64,000 nucleotides of DNA from Candidatus Eiseniibacteriota bacterium (lineage in GTDB: Bacteria > Eisenbacteria > RBG-16-71-46). This document shows positions 1 to 9,660 of the stretch, piece after piece. Made by a program: the position numbers and the translations under genes. The notes beneath the pieces are model-generated. The model made no database searches, had not been told where the DNA came from, and saw only the letters and a list, made by a program, of their open reading frames with translations. The stretch spans positions 128,001 to 192,000 of the forward strand of contig OY970178.1 of assembly GCA_963707915.1 (NCBI GenBank), read 5' to 3'. Positions within the stretch are counted from its first letter, which is position 1. Each line of letters opens with the position of its first letter.

Positions 1-57
1 CACCACGCGCTGCAGCCCGAGGCCGGGACCGGCCCGCGCATCTTCTTCCTGACGTGA
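1..57 (+). CDS. C-terminal end of 4Fe-4S subunit (NrfC/PsrB-like), truncated by window edge
   Basis: Frame 1 reads HHALQPEAGTGPRIFFLT*, a typical NrfC/PsrB C-terminus; its stop overlaps the GTG of the NrfD gene (GTGA). Confidence 0.65.
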   Translation, partial: HHALQPEAGTGPRIFFLT

Positions 58-1004
58 GCGCCGCCATGATCGAGTTCACCAGCACGCGCGCCAATCCCCT
101 GGTGGACCCGTTCCTCCACGTCTGGGGCTGGGAGATCCCGCTCTACCTGTTCCTGGGCGGGCTCGTCGCCGGGATGATGGCGATCGCCGGCTGGTTCCTG
201 CTCGCGGGCCGCCACCGCCGGGCGGAATCGGTGATGTCCCTGCTGCCGGGCCTCGGCCTCGTGCTGCTGAGCCTCGGCATGGGAGCGCTGTTCCTCGACC
301 TCGAGCACAAGCCCTTCGTCTGGCGCCTCTACACCAGCTTCCAGCCCACCTCGCCGATGTCGTGGGGCGCCTGGATCCTGTTGGCCGTGTACCCGGCGCT
401 GTTCGGGGCGTGGCTGCTGAGCCTGCCGGGATCCCTGCGCCGGCGCTTCCCGGCGATCGCGGGCCGCTCGGACGCGCTGCGCGCGCGGCCCGGGGCGGTG
501 CGCGGGATTGCCGTCGCCAACCTGGTCCTCGGCGGGCTGCTCGGCGTCTACACCGGCATCCTGCTGAGCGCGCTGGGCGCGCGGCCGCTGTGGAACAGCG
601 CGGTGCTCGGGCCGCTGTTCCTGGCCTCGGGGCTCTCGAGCGCCGCCGCGCTGGCCCACCTGGTGGCGCGCGAGCGTTCCGAGAGCGAGTGGCTGGCGCG
701 CGCCGACTACCGCTTCCTGCAGGCCGAGAGCGTGCTGCTCGCGTTGTTCTTCATCGGCCTGCTGACCGCCACGCAGGTCCACATCCGCGCCGCCGGGCTG
801 CTGCTCGGCGGGCCGTTCACCGCGGTGTTCTGGGTCGGCGTCGCAGGGCTCGGCATCGGGCTGCCGCTCCTGCTCCAGTCGCTCGCGGCCGGCCATCGCA
901 TCCGCCACACGCCGGTCGCGCCGCTGCTGGTGCTGGCCGGCGGTCTCCTGCTGCGTTTCGTGATCGTGTCCGCGGGGCAGCTGAGCCGCTGGGGCCCCGT
1001 GTGA
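54..1004 (+). CDS. nrfD: NrfD/PsrC family polysulfide reductase membrane anchor
   Basis: WGWEIPLYLFLGG, DLEH, TSPMSWGAW, YTGILL, RPLWN, GGLLLRF motifs; multiple TM helices. Confidence 0.9.
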   Translation: MSAAMIEFTSTRANPLVDPFLHVWGWEIPLYLFLGGLVAGMMAIAGWFLLAGRHRRAESVMSLLPGLGLVLLSLGMGALFLDLEHKPFVWRLYTSFQPTSPMSWGAWILLAVYPALFGAWLLSLPGSLRRRFPAIAGRSDALRARPGAVRGIAVANLVLGGLLGVYTGILLSALGARPLWNSAVLGPLFLASGLSSAAALAHLVARERSESEWLARADYRFLQAESVLLALFFIGLLTATQVHIRAAGLLLGGPFTAVFWVGVAGLGIGLPLLLQSLAAGHRIRHTPVAPLLVLAGGLLLRFVIVSAGQLSRWGPV

Positions 1005-1024
1005 TTCCTCCGGAGGGAACGTCC

Positions 1025-1597
1025 ATGAGCACCGTCCCGGATGACGCCGCCGTCGCGCGGCCGCAGCCCCGCCCGCTCGCGCCCGGCGCGGCGCCCTACA
1101 TGAATCCCTACCTCGGCGGCGTCGGGCTCGGGCTCGTGCTGCTGGCCGCCTACGTGCTCATGGGGCGCGGGCTCGGCGCCTCCGGCGCGGTGACCTCGCT
1201 GGTCGCGTGGGCCGTGGGCCTGGTGGCGCCCGCGCACGCCAGCGCCAACGGGTTCTTCGCGGAGTACCTGGAGGGCGGCCTCGGCCACCCGCTCAAGACC
1301 TGGCTGGTGTTCGAGGTGCTCGGCGTGCTGGCCGGCGGCTTCGTCTCCGGCGCGCTCGCTCACCGCCTCTCGCGCACGGTCGAGAAGGGGCCGCGCATCT
1401 CGGTGGCCGGCCGCCTCGGCTTCGCCTTCGGGGGCGGTGCGCTGATGGGCATCGGCGCCAAGCTCGCCCGCGGCTGCACCAGTGGCCAGGCCCTGAGCGG
1501 CGGCGCGGTGCTCAACGCCGGCTCGTGGGCGTTCATGATCATGGTGTTCGCCGGCGCCTACGCGCTCGCGGGGCTGATGCGGAGGCAATGGCGATGA
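1025..1597 (+). CDS. YeeE/YedE family sulfur-compound transporter, half-protein 1
   Basis: ATG 1025 after GGAGG; NPYLGG, GLGASG, GAKLARGCTSGQALSG motifs. Confidence 0.85.
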   Translation: MSTVPDDAAVARPQPRPLAPGAAPYMNPYLGGVGLGLVLLAAYVLMGRGLGASGAVTSLVAWAVGLVAPAHASANGFFAEYLEGGLGHPLKTWLVFEVLGVLAGGFVSGALAHRLSRTVEKGPRISVAGRLGFAFGGGALMGIGAKLARGCTSGQALSGGAVLNAGSWAFMIMVFAGAYALAGLMRRQWR

Positions 1598-2193
1598 GCG
1601 CGCCCTTCTACAAGTTCGCCGCGTTCGGCGACGAGGCCTCGCTGGTGATCGCCTTCGTCGTCGGCACCGGGTTCGGCTTCTTCCTCGAGCGCAGCGGCTT
1701 CGGCAGCGCGCGCAAGCTGACGGCGCAGTTCTACCTCGACGACCTCGCGGTCTTCAAGGTCATGTTCACCGCCATCGTCACGGCCATGCTGGGACTGTTC
1801 TACCTGTCGTGGCTGGGGATCGTGGACCTGGCGCTGGTGGACCTGGTGACCACCAACCTCTGGCCGCAGGTGGTCGGGGGGCTCGTGCTCGGCTTCGGCT
1901 TCGTGATCGGCGGCTACTGCCCGGGCACCTCGCTGGTGGCCGCGGTGACCGGCCGCATCGACGGCGTGGTCTTCATCCTCGGCGTGCTCGCCGGCATCTT
2001 CGCCTTCGGCGAGGCGTTTCCGCTGGTCCAGGGCTTCTACCAGTCGGGCGACCTCGGCCGGCTCACCCTGCCGCAGGCGTTCCACCTGCCCTACGGGCTG
2101 GTCGTGTTCCTGGTGGTGGTGATGGCGGTGGGCGGCTTCGTGGGCGCCGAGTGGGTGGAGCGGCGCTTCGCCCCGCGCGCGGCGGAGGAGTGA
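1594..2193 (+). CDS. YeeE/YedE family sulfur-compound transporter, half-protein 2
   Basis: ATGA overlap with previous gene; GFGFFLERSGF, KVMFTAI, GGYCPGTS motifs. Confidence 0.85.
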   Translation: MSAPFYKFAAFGDEASLVIAFVVGTGFGFFLERSGFGSARKLTAQFYLDDLAVFKVMFTAIVTAMLGLFYLSWLGIVDLALVDLVTTNLWPQVVGGLVLGFGFVIGGYCPGTSLVAAVTGRIDGVVFILGVLAGIFAFGEAFPLVQGFYQSGDLGRLTLPQAFHLPYGLVVFLVVVMAVGGFVGAEWVERRFAPRAAEE

Positions 2194-2195
2194 CC

Positions 2196-2876
2196 ATGGC
2201 GCGCATCCGCTGGACCCGGAACCGCGTGCTGGCCGCGGCCGCGCTGCTGCTGGGGGTGGTAGCGATCGCCGGCGATCCGTACCGCGGCGGCACCGTGCGC
2301 ATCGACACGCAGGAGCTGGCGACCATCGTGGGCAGCCAGGTGGACCACGTCACGGTCCAGGAGCTGGCCGACTGGATCATCCAGGGCCGTACCGACTACC
2401 GCCTGCTCGACCTGCGGTCCGAGCCGGAGTACGCCGCCTACCACATCCCGACCGCGGAGAACGTCCCGGTCGCGCAGCTGCCGGGCCACGGTCTCGGGCG
2501 CAACGAGAAGATCGTCCTCTATTCGGAGGGCGGCATCCACTCGGCGCAGGCCTGGTTCCTGCTTCGGGCGCAGAAGTACCCCGCCGCCTACATCCTGTTC
2601 GGCGGCCTCGAGGCCTGGAAGGACGAGGTGCTCTACCCGGTCGCGCCGGCCGCCGCATCGCCGCAGGAGACCGCCGCGTTCGAGCGCGCAGCCCAGGTCG
2701 CACGCTTCTTCGGTGGCGGCCCGCGCGCCGCCTCCCGGTCGGCCGACTCCGGCGCCGTGATGGCCATGCCGGCAGCGCCACCCGTGGCCGGCGCCGGGAT
2801 CGAGCCGCCCCTGCGGCCGGCTCCGGGCGGGCCCCAGGGGCCGGCCGCGAAGAAGAAGCGCAAGGAGGGCTGCTAG
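2196..2876 (+). CDS. Membrane-anchored/exported rhodanese-like domain protein
   Basis: N-terminal hydrophobic segment; LLDLRSEPEYAAYHIPTA and LFGGLEAW rhodanese motifs; ends KKKRKEGC. Confidence 0.85.
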   Translation: MARIRWTRNRVLAAAALLLGVVAIAGDPYRGGTVRIDTQELATIVGSQVDHVTVQELADWIIQGRTDYRLLDLRSEPEYAAYHIPTAENVPVAQLPGHGLGRNEKIVLYSEGGIHSAQAWFLLRAQKYPAAYILFGGLEAWKDEVLYPVAPAAASPQETAAFERAAQVARFFGGGPRAASRSADSGAVMAMPAAPPVAGAGIEPPLRPAPGGPQGPAAKKKRKEGC

Positions 2877-3054
2877 GGGAGCGGGGCCCTCGCCCCCGGG
2901 GGCAGACCGCCCAAGGCGTCCCGTCGGACGCCCGCGGGCGGCCCTGCCAAGGTCGCGGGCGTGTGTCCCCGGGGCGCGACCGCCGGGCCCGGTCCCGCCA
3001 GCCCGCCGTGTTTCCCATTTGCCCGCAGTCGCTTAGGGCGTCGACGCTTTAGTG

Positions 3055-3083
3055 TTGACACGGACGGGACAGCTTCCTACGTT
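3055..3083 (+). promoter_or_regulatory. Sigma70-type promoter of TBDR operon
   Basis: TTGACA (3055-3060), 17-nt spacer, TACGTT (3078-3083). Confidence 0.6.
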
Positions 3084-3300
3084 CGTATTGCGTTCTCATC
3101 CGGTTCTTCCTCTGAATCGAATCGCGCCACGGGATTGGCGATGACGTTCTGGCGTCTGCGTCCATGATGGGCGAGGGGAGGACTTCGCGCTTGAATGCCC
3201 CCCTCCTCGGTTTCGATCCCCCTGGCGCATCGAGTGTGACCGCGTTCCTGCCCCAGGCCGGAGCGCAGTAGTTCGTCCGCTTCCGAAAGGAGAAGCAACT

Positions 3301-6294
3301 ATGTCCCGCAATGCCTTCCGAGCCATCGGTCTCGCAGCATTGGCCGTGGCCGTAGTCCTGGCGGTCCCGCCTGCCTGGTCGGGAACGACGGGGAAGCTGG
3401 TCGGACGCGTCCTCGACGAGAAGAAGCAGCCCCTGGCCGGCGTGAACATCCGCCTCGAGGGGCTCCGTCTCGGCGCCGCGTCGGACGAGTCGGGCAACTA
3501 CTTCATCATCGGTATCCCCGCCGGCACCTACGTCGTGCGGGCCAACCTCCTGGGCCAGGCCCCTTACGTGGCCGAGAACGTCCAGGTCGCGCCCGACTAC
3601 ACGACGACCCTGAACATCACGATGCGCACCGAGGCGGTCCAGTTGTCCGAGGTGAGGGTGGAGGCGGAGCGTCCGCTGCTGCAGAAGGACGCGACGGGCA
3701 CCACGCGCTTCATCTCGTCCGCCGACATCCAGAAGCTGCCGACCCGCGGCTACCGTGACGCGGCCGCCCAGCAGACGGGCGTCGTGAACTTCAAGCTCAA
3801 CATCGACAACGAAGCGCAGAACAGCCCGACCTTGATCGTCCGCGGCGGGCGGCCCAACGAGACGGCCTACTACGTGGACGGCTTCTCCCAGCAGGACCCG
3901 CTGACCGGCACGTCGAACACGGCCATCAGCAACAACGCCATCGAAGAGGTGGTCGTGCTCACGGGCGGGTTCGCCCCCGAGTACGGGCGGGTCATGTCGG
4001 GCGCGGTCAACGTGATCACGCGCGAAGGGACCAAGAAGTACACCGGTTCCCTGGAGAGCGTGACGGACGTCCTGTCGGGCCGCTGGGTCGGGGCGCCCAA
4101 GACCGACTACAACATCTACGACCTCTCCTTCGGGGGGCCCGTGATCCCCGGGTCGGAGAACCTGAGCTTCTACCTCTCGGGCGAACGGCGCTGGCAGGGG
4201 GACCGCGGCCCGACGTTCATGCCGAGCGTGTTCAAGAACGATCTCCAGTCGCGCGGACTCGGGACCGACCGGCTCCCGAGCAACAGCGCATCCGGTTACA
4301 CGTTCCAGGGCAAGCTGAGCTGGCAACCGACGGACAAGCTCACGTTCAAGGTCGGCGGCCTGGGGTCCCAGGAGGACTGGCGCCAGTTCCTGGACACCTA
4401 CCTGTTCGACCTGACGCATGCCCCGCGCTACCTGGACCGGAGCCAGTCGTACTTCGCCACGGCCAACCACGTCCTGGACAAGCGGACGTTCTACAACCTT
4501 TCGGTCAACTACAACCTGACCGAGCGCAAGCGCGGTGACGGCGTCGCCTTCGACAACCTGAGCCCGCAGTACCGCGTGATCGGGCGGGACAGCGTGGGGG
4601 TGGACGCCGGCGGGAACACCCGCTATGGCGACGTGCTCGCGGCGGACGGCAACGAGCTGGTGACGCCCGGCGGGTACTACCGCACGACGAACCCGCGGTT
4701 CGACCTGACCACTCCGCTGTTCTGGTCGGACGGACACGTCTGGGACGACTACCTGCAGCGCCGCTCGGAGTACGTGGGCTTCGCGGGGGCCATCACCTCG
4801 CAGGTGGGGGCGCACCACCAGGTCAAGGGGGGCGGCGACTTCCAGTACCACACGCTGCGGCTCTACAACCACTACTTCCCCGTCCAGCTGGGCGGCGACA
4901 AGCCGAATCTCGTGGACTGGGACGGGTACGGTTACGACCAGGTCGTCACCTACAAGGACGTCGTGGTGCGGGACGTGTCCGGCGCCGGCGCGCCCGACCG
5001 CGTGGTCCGGGTCGTCGACAAGGTCGAGCTCGTGAAGAACGGGTCGGGCGGCCTGGACGGTCCCAAGCACCCGAAGGTCTGGTCGCTCTACCTGCAGGAC
5101 AAGTTCGAGCGCGAAGGCGTGGTCATCAACGGCGGACTGCGCTACGACTACCTGAACGTGGACACGCCGGCCCTGCGCAGCGACCTGCGCCCGCTCGACC
5201 CGGACAGCACCGGAAGCTCGACGCTCACGTCCGGCGACCTGACCAAGAACAAGAACTACTCGCGCATCTCGCCCCGCCTGGGCGTGGCGTTCCCGGTGAC
5301 GGCGCAGACCGTGCTGCGGTTCAACTACGGGCAGTTCTACCAGCAGCCCAACCTGCAGGATCTCTACGTCTCGTACCGCTTCCTCGAGCACAAGGTCCGG
5401 GACGGCGGCTACTTCGTGGGGTTCGGCAATCCGAACCTGCGGCCCGAGCGCACCACGGCCTATGAGGTCGGAGTGGCGCACCAGATGAGCGACAACGTCC
5501 GGCTGGACGTGACCGCCTACTACAAGGACGTCAAGGACCTGGTCGAGATCGCGACCATCCCGTCGTTCCCGAACCAGTTCTCCTCGTACCGCAACCGCGA
5601 CTTCGCCACGATCAAGGGCGTGGACGTCGGGTTCAAGATGCGGCCGGTCAACCACATCTCGACCGACATCAGCTACTCGCTCTCCTTCGCGCAGGGCACG
5701 GGTTCGGTCTCGAACTCGCAGGGCAACATCGCCTGGACCGCGTCCCAGCCGCCCACGATGACGTCGCCCCTCGACTTCGACCAGCGTCACAAGCTGGCCG
5801 TGAGCCTCGACTACGGACTCGGCAAGGGCGAAGGCCCCCTGGTCCGCGGGGTGCGGGTGTTCGAGAACGTCGGGATCAACGTGCTCTACAACGTGGCGAG
5901 CGGCACGCCCTACACGCCGACCAAGGTGTTCAACGAGGTCACCCTGGCGGCGGTGAGCACCGAGCCCGCCGGCCCGATCAACTCGCGCTACGGACCCTGG
6001 ACCAGCAGCCTGGATCTCAAGGCGACCCGTGACTTCGGCGCCGTGGGGCTCAAGTTCCAGGCCTACGTCTGGGTCCTCAACCTGCTGGGCACGCGCAACC
6101 CCGTCCAGGTCTACGGATCGTCGGGTTCGCCGTTCTCGACCAACTGGCTCGCGACCGACGACGGGCAGACCTACCTGAGGAACGCCAGCGCCGACGGTCA
6201 GAACGGGCAGACGCTCTACGACCTCGCCCAGAACAACCCGAATTTCTACACGAATCCGCGTCTGGTCCGGTTCGGTTTCCGGACCAGCTTCTAG
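3301..6294 (+). CDS. TonB-dependent receptor with N-terminal carboxypeptidase-regulatory-like domain
   Basis: Signal peptide, GTTGKLVGRV, plug motifs (VRGGRPNE, GGFAPEYG), NPNLRPERT, C-terminal F; RBS AGGAG. Confidence 0.92.
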   Translation: MSRNAFRAIGLAALAVAVVLAVPPAWSGTTGKLVGRVLDEKKQPLAGVNIRLEGLRLGAASDESGNYFIIGIPAGTYVVRANLLGQAPYVAENVQVAPDYTTTLNITMRTEAVQLSEVRVEAERPLLQKDATGTTRFISSADIQKLPTRGYRDAAAQQTGVVNFKLNIDNEAQNSPTLIVRGGRPNETAYYVDGFSQQDPLTGTSNTAISNNAIEEVVVLTGGFAPEYGRVMSGAVNVITREGTKKYTGSLESVTDVLSGRWVGAPKTDYNIYDLSFGGPVIPGSENLSFYLSGERRWQGDRGPTFMPSVFKNDLQSRGLGTDRLPSNSASGYTFQGKLSWQPTDKLTFKVGGLGSQEDWRQFLDTYLFDLTHAPRYLDRSQSYFATANHVLDKRTFYNLSVNYNLTERKRGDGVAFDNLSPQYRVIGRDSVGVDAGGNTRYGDVLAADGNELVTPGGYYRTTNPRFDLTTPLFWSDGHVWDDYLQRRSEYVGFAGAITSQVGAHHQVKGGGDFQYHTLRLYNHYFPVQLGGDKPNLVDWDGYGYDQVVTYKDVVVRDVSGAGAPDRVVRVVDKVELVKNGSGGLDGPKHPKVWSLYLQDKFEREGVVINGGLRYDYLNVDTPALRSDLRPLDPDSTGSSTLTSGDLTKNKNYSRISPRLGVAFPVTAQTVLRFNYGQFYQQPNLQDLYVSYRFLEHKVRDGGYFVGFGNPNLRPERTTAYEVGVAHQMSDNVRLDVTAYYKDVKDLVEIATIPSFPNQFSSYRNRDFATIKGVDVGFKMRPVNHISTDISYSLSFAQGTGSVSNSQGNIAWTASQPPTMTSPLDFDQRHKLAVSLDYGLGKGEGPLVRGVRVFENVGINVLYNVASGTPYTPTKVFNEVTLAAVSTEPAGPINSRYGPWTSSLDLKATRDFGAVGLKFQAYVWVLNLLGTRNPVQVYGSSGSPFSTNWLATDDGQTYLRNASADGQNGQTLYDLAQNNPNFYTNPRLVRFGFRTSF

Positions 6295-6322
6295 CGCGAA
6301 ACTCCAGGCAGACAGGAGGCCA

Positions 6323-9300
6323 ATGATGGACTTCCGTCGGAAAAGCGTAACGCTGGTGGCGCTGGCGCTCGCCGCGCTGGCCATCGGCGCGGTCACTTCC
6401 CGGGCCGAAACCCGGGTCTCGAGGGCCGTGCGACGCGTCCGCCCCATGTCGGTCGAGGCGGTTTCGTCGCTCGACAATCAACGGCGCGTCGACGTCAACA
6501 GCATCAACATGTTCGTGACCAACTTCGGGTCGTGGGCCTACGACCTCGGCACCGGGAACGCCGGGCTGATCTACCCGAAGGGCACGAACAAGACCGCGAT
6601 CTTCGCCTCCGGCCCCTGGTTCGGGGCCACCGTGAACGGGGAGGTGCGGACCGAGGTCGGGGAGTACTCGCAGGAGTACAACCCGGGTGTGATCCTGCGC
6701 GAGGGCCCGTGGTCGGTGAGCGCCGACCCCGCGGACCTCGGGATGCTCAAGGTCTGGGACGACCCGGACCGCCCGGAGTACATGGTCTACAAGATGGCGC
6801 GCTGGACCGGGGACCCGTTGGACTCCACGCACCTCGAGCGGACGGTGCCGGCCAACGACCCGAACTCGACCGACCCCCTCGTGCACCATTCGTGGAACGA
6901 GTACATGACGGGGGCGGTGCCGCGGGGGGCGCCGTGGAAGATGTACCGGCTCCCGAACCCCGCTTCTCCCGGCGACAGCCTGGACGTGCCCGGCCCGGAC
7001 GTGGCCGGTGACCAGATGCTCTGGAGCGTCTACAACGATGCCGCGTTCTCGCGCCACACCAACGAGGCCGGCAAGTCGCTGCCGCTCGGGCTGGAGATCC
7101 GCCAGACCACGTTCGCCTTCGACCGGCAGGGTGCCCTGGGCAACGCGATCTTCGTGAAGCTCGAGATCATCCACCCCGAATTGCCGGCCCCGGCGGACAC
7201 CGTCTACCGCACGACGCTCGAGAACATGTACGTCTCGCTCTGGGCGGACCCGGACCTGGGCGGCGCGACCGACGACCTGGTGGGCTGCGACACGCTGCTG
7301 TCGCTCGGGTACTGCTACAACGCCACGAACAACGATCAGCTCTACGGCACGACGCCGCCGGCGGTGGGCTACGACTTCTTCCTCGGCCCGAAGCCCTTCC
7401 ACGGCGCCACGACGACGCTGCCGATGACGTCCTTCAACAAGTACATCAACGGCACCGACCCGGCCTCGTCCGAAGCGACCTACAACTACATGCAGGGCCT
7501 CCAGGCGGACGGGACCGACCTGATCAACCCGATCACGGGGCTGCCCACGCGCTTCTTCGATTCGGGCGACCCGGTCAAGGGCACGGGCTGGATCGACGGC
7601 AATGCGGCCGACAAGCGGATGATGCTGTCGTCGGGGCCGTTCTCCATGTCGCCGGGCGACACCCAGGTCGTGGTCGGCGCCATCGTCATCGCGCGGGGCA
7701 GCGACCGGCTGGCGTCCGTGACCGGCCTGAAGTTCTACGACACGTTCGCGCAGGCCGCATTCGACTCGAACTTCAACCTCCCGCCGCCTCCGCCCCAGCC
7801 GAAGGTCACGACGAAGGTCGCGCACCAGGAGATCCAGTTCTGCTGGGACACCGGCTCGTGGAGCAACTACGTCGCGCCGCCCGGATACAAGTTCGAGGGC
7901 TACGTCGTGTACCAGGGGACGTCGAAGACCGGGCCATGGAAGCGCCTGGTGACCTACGACCTCGTGGATTCGATCGGCGTCGTGCGTGACACGGTGTTCG
8001 ACACCACCACCGGGCAGCTCATCACCGACTACCCGGTGGCCTTCGGCGGCGACAACGGCCTCGCCTACTGCTACAGCACGACCCAGGACGCGATCGGCGG
8101 GGGCACGCTGAGGGACGCGACGCCCTACTACTTCGCCGTCACGGCGTACGCGGTGCCCGCGGACAAGGGGTGCCTCGACGGCACCGCGCTCCCCGGGGCG
8201 CTGTGCCCGGAGCCGCGGGTGCTCGAGACCTCGCAGCAGCCGATCACGGTGATCCCGCAGCGGCCGGCGCTGGGGACCGATCCCGCGACGGCGGCGGCCG
8301 TGATGACCCACCTGCGGATCGACACCTCCAAGCCGCCGGGTACGGACGACGTCCAGTTCAACGTGGTGGCGCCGGAGCTCGTGACGGGGCACATCTACAA
8401 GGTCTTCTACACCCCGACCGAGCGGCCGCCGGTGACGATCGCGGTGGGGCCGGACACCGCCACGGTGCTCTTCGCGTGGAACGTGCAGGATTCGACCACC
8501 GGCGCGATGCTCCTCACCAACCAGCTGAACCGGCGGGGGGACCTGGACTACCAGGTGGTGGACGGGATCCAGATGATGGACATCGGCAAGTACTTCCCCG
8601 CGCTGCAGTCGGTCGCGTATTTCGACAACAAGGGGGCTTCGAGCACGGCGCTCGAAGGCGTCAACTTCGGGCTCGGCCTCTTCGGCGGCGGCGCGGACTA
8701 CGCCTTCAACTTCTTCGGCAGCACGCTGGACCCGATCGCCATGCCGGACTCCTTCACCTCGGTGGAGGTCCGCTTCAGCCACAGCGCCACGCAGAAGGCG
8801 TACCGGTTCCTCCGCCGCGAGATGCTGGACGGCTCGGCGCCGGCAGTCGGGCGCGGGTACATCTACGGCGGGTTCCACCCGTGCAACTTCCAGGTCTGGG
8901 ACGTGACCAACAACGTGCAGCTCGACGCGGCATTCCTGGAGAAGGTGGCCACCGCCTCGGATGGAACGATCCTGCCGCCGGCACAGCAGCCGGCGACCTT
9001 CGACTCGACCTGGCGGACGACGGCGGACGACGTCGGGGACCGCGAGTACCTGTTCGTCTACCGGCGGCCGTACAGCGATGCGCCCAAGGCCGAGCTGGCC
9101 GTGGACGCCAGCGTGTACGACGGGAACGTCCCCGTGCTCTACACGGTGGGCCCCAAGCTCCACGACGCCACGTCGGTGGTCGAGGACGGATCCACGCTGC
9201 AGCTCCTGTACGCGAACCCCTCGACCTCGAACGATGTCTACGTGTTCAACACCTCGAAGCTGGTGCGGGGCGACGCCGGGCTCGCGAAGGCGGGGCTTGA

Positions 9301-9613
9301 CCGCATCCGCGTGGTCCCGAACCCCTACTACAACCGTTCCGGATACGAGCTGAGCCAGTTCAATCGCGTGATGCGCTTCATCAACATGCCGGAAGTCGCC
9401 ACGGTGAGGATCTTCAGCCTCTCGGGGCAGCTCGTGCGGACGCTCCAGAAGACCGACCCAACCACCTCCCTGCTGGACTGGGACCTGCACACCGAGAACC
9501 GGCTGCCGGTCGCAAGCGGCGTGTACGTCTATCACGTCGAGGCGCCGGGCGTCGGGACCATCTACGGTCGCCTGGTCGTGTTCATGGAGAAGGAACGGCT
9601 GAACACCTTCTAG
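6323..9613 (+). CDS. Large secreted protein with C-terminal T9SS/FlgD-Ig-type sorting domain
   Basis: Signal peptide; WADPDLG..DDLVGCD repeat-family motif; C-terminal IRVVPNPY...IRIFSLSGQLVRTL...WDL...VASGVYVYHV. Confidence 0.75.
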   Translation: MMDFRRKSVTLVALALAALAIGAVTSRAETRVSRAVRRVRPMSVEAVSSLDNQRRVDVNSINMFVTNFGSWAYDLGTGNAGLIYPKGTNKTAIFASGPWFGATVNGEVRTEVGEYSQEYNPGVILREGPWSVSADPADLGMLKVWDDPDRPEYMVYKMARWTGDPLDSTHLERTVPANDPNSTDPLVHHSWNEYMTGAVPRGAPWKMYRLPNPASPGDSLDVPGPDVAGDQMLWSVYNDAAFSRHTNEAGKSLPLGLEIRQTTFAFDRQGALGNAIFVKLEIIHPELPAPADTVYRTTLENMYVSLWADPDLGGATDDLVGCDTLLSLGYCYNATNNDQLYGTTPPAVGYDFFLGPKPFHGATTTLPMTSFNKYINGTDPASSEATYNYMQGLQADGTDLINPITGLPTRFFDSGDPVKGTGWIDGNAADKRMMLSSGPFSMSPGDTQVVVGAIVIARGSDRLASVTGLKFYDTFAQAAFDSNFNLPPPPPQPKVTTKVAHQEIQFCWDTGSWSNYVAPPGYKFEGYVVYQGTSKTGPWKRLVTYDLVDSIGVVRDTVFDTTTGQLITDYPVAFGGDNGLAYCYSTTQDAIGGGTLRDATPYYFAVTAYAVPADKGCLDGTALPGALCPEPRVLETSQQPITVIPQRPALGTDPATAAAVMTHLRIDTSKPPGTDDVQFNVVAPELVTGHIYKVFYTPTERPPVTIAVGPDTATVLFAWNVQDSTTGAMLLTNQLNRRGDLDYQVVDGIQMMDIGKYFPALQSVAYFDNKGASSTALEGVNFGLGLFGGGADYAFNFFGSTLDPIAMPDSFTSVEVRFSHSATQKAYRFLRREMLDGSAPAVGRGYIYGGFHPCNFQVWDVTNNVQLDAAFLEKVATASDGTILPPAQQPATFDSTWRTTADDVGDREYLFVYRRPYSDAPKAELAVDASVYDGNVPVLYTVGPKLHDATSVVEDGSTLQLLYANPSTSNDVYVFNTSKLVRGDAGLAKAGLDRIRVVPNPYYNRSGYELSQFNRVMRFINMPEVATVRIFSLSGQLVRTLQKTDPTTSLLDWDLHTENRLPVASGVYVYHVEAPGVGTIYGRLVVFMEKERLNTF

Positions 9614-9660
9614 GAGGGGGTGCGACGATGAACGGGAATCCTTCGCAAAGGAGAGACAAG

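Noticed and set aside
3049..9535. Very long minus-strand ORFs (1142 and 1152 aa) and similar ones elsewhere (e.g. 18215-20947, 57434-60295)
   Set aside because: Antisense shadows of high-GC genes; no motifs.
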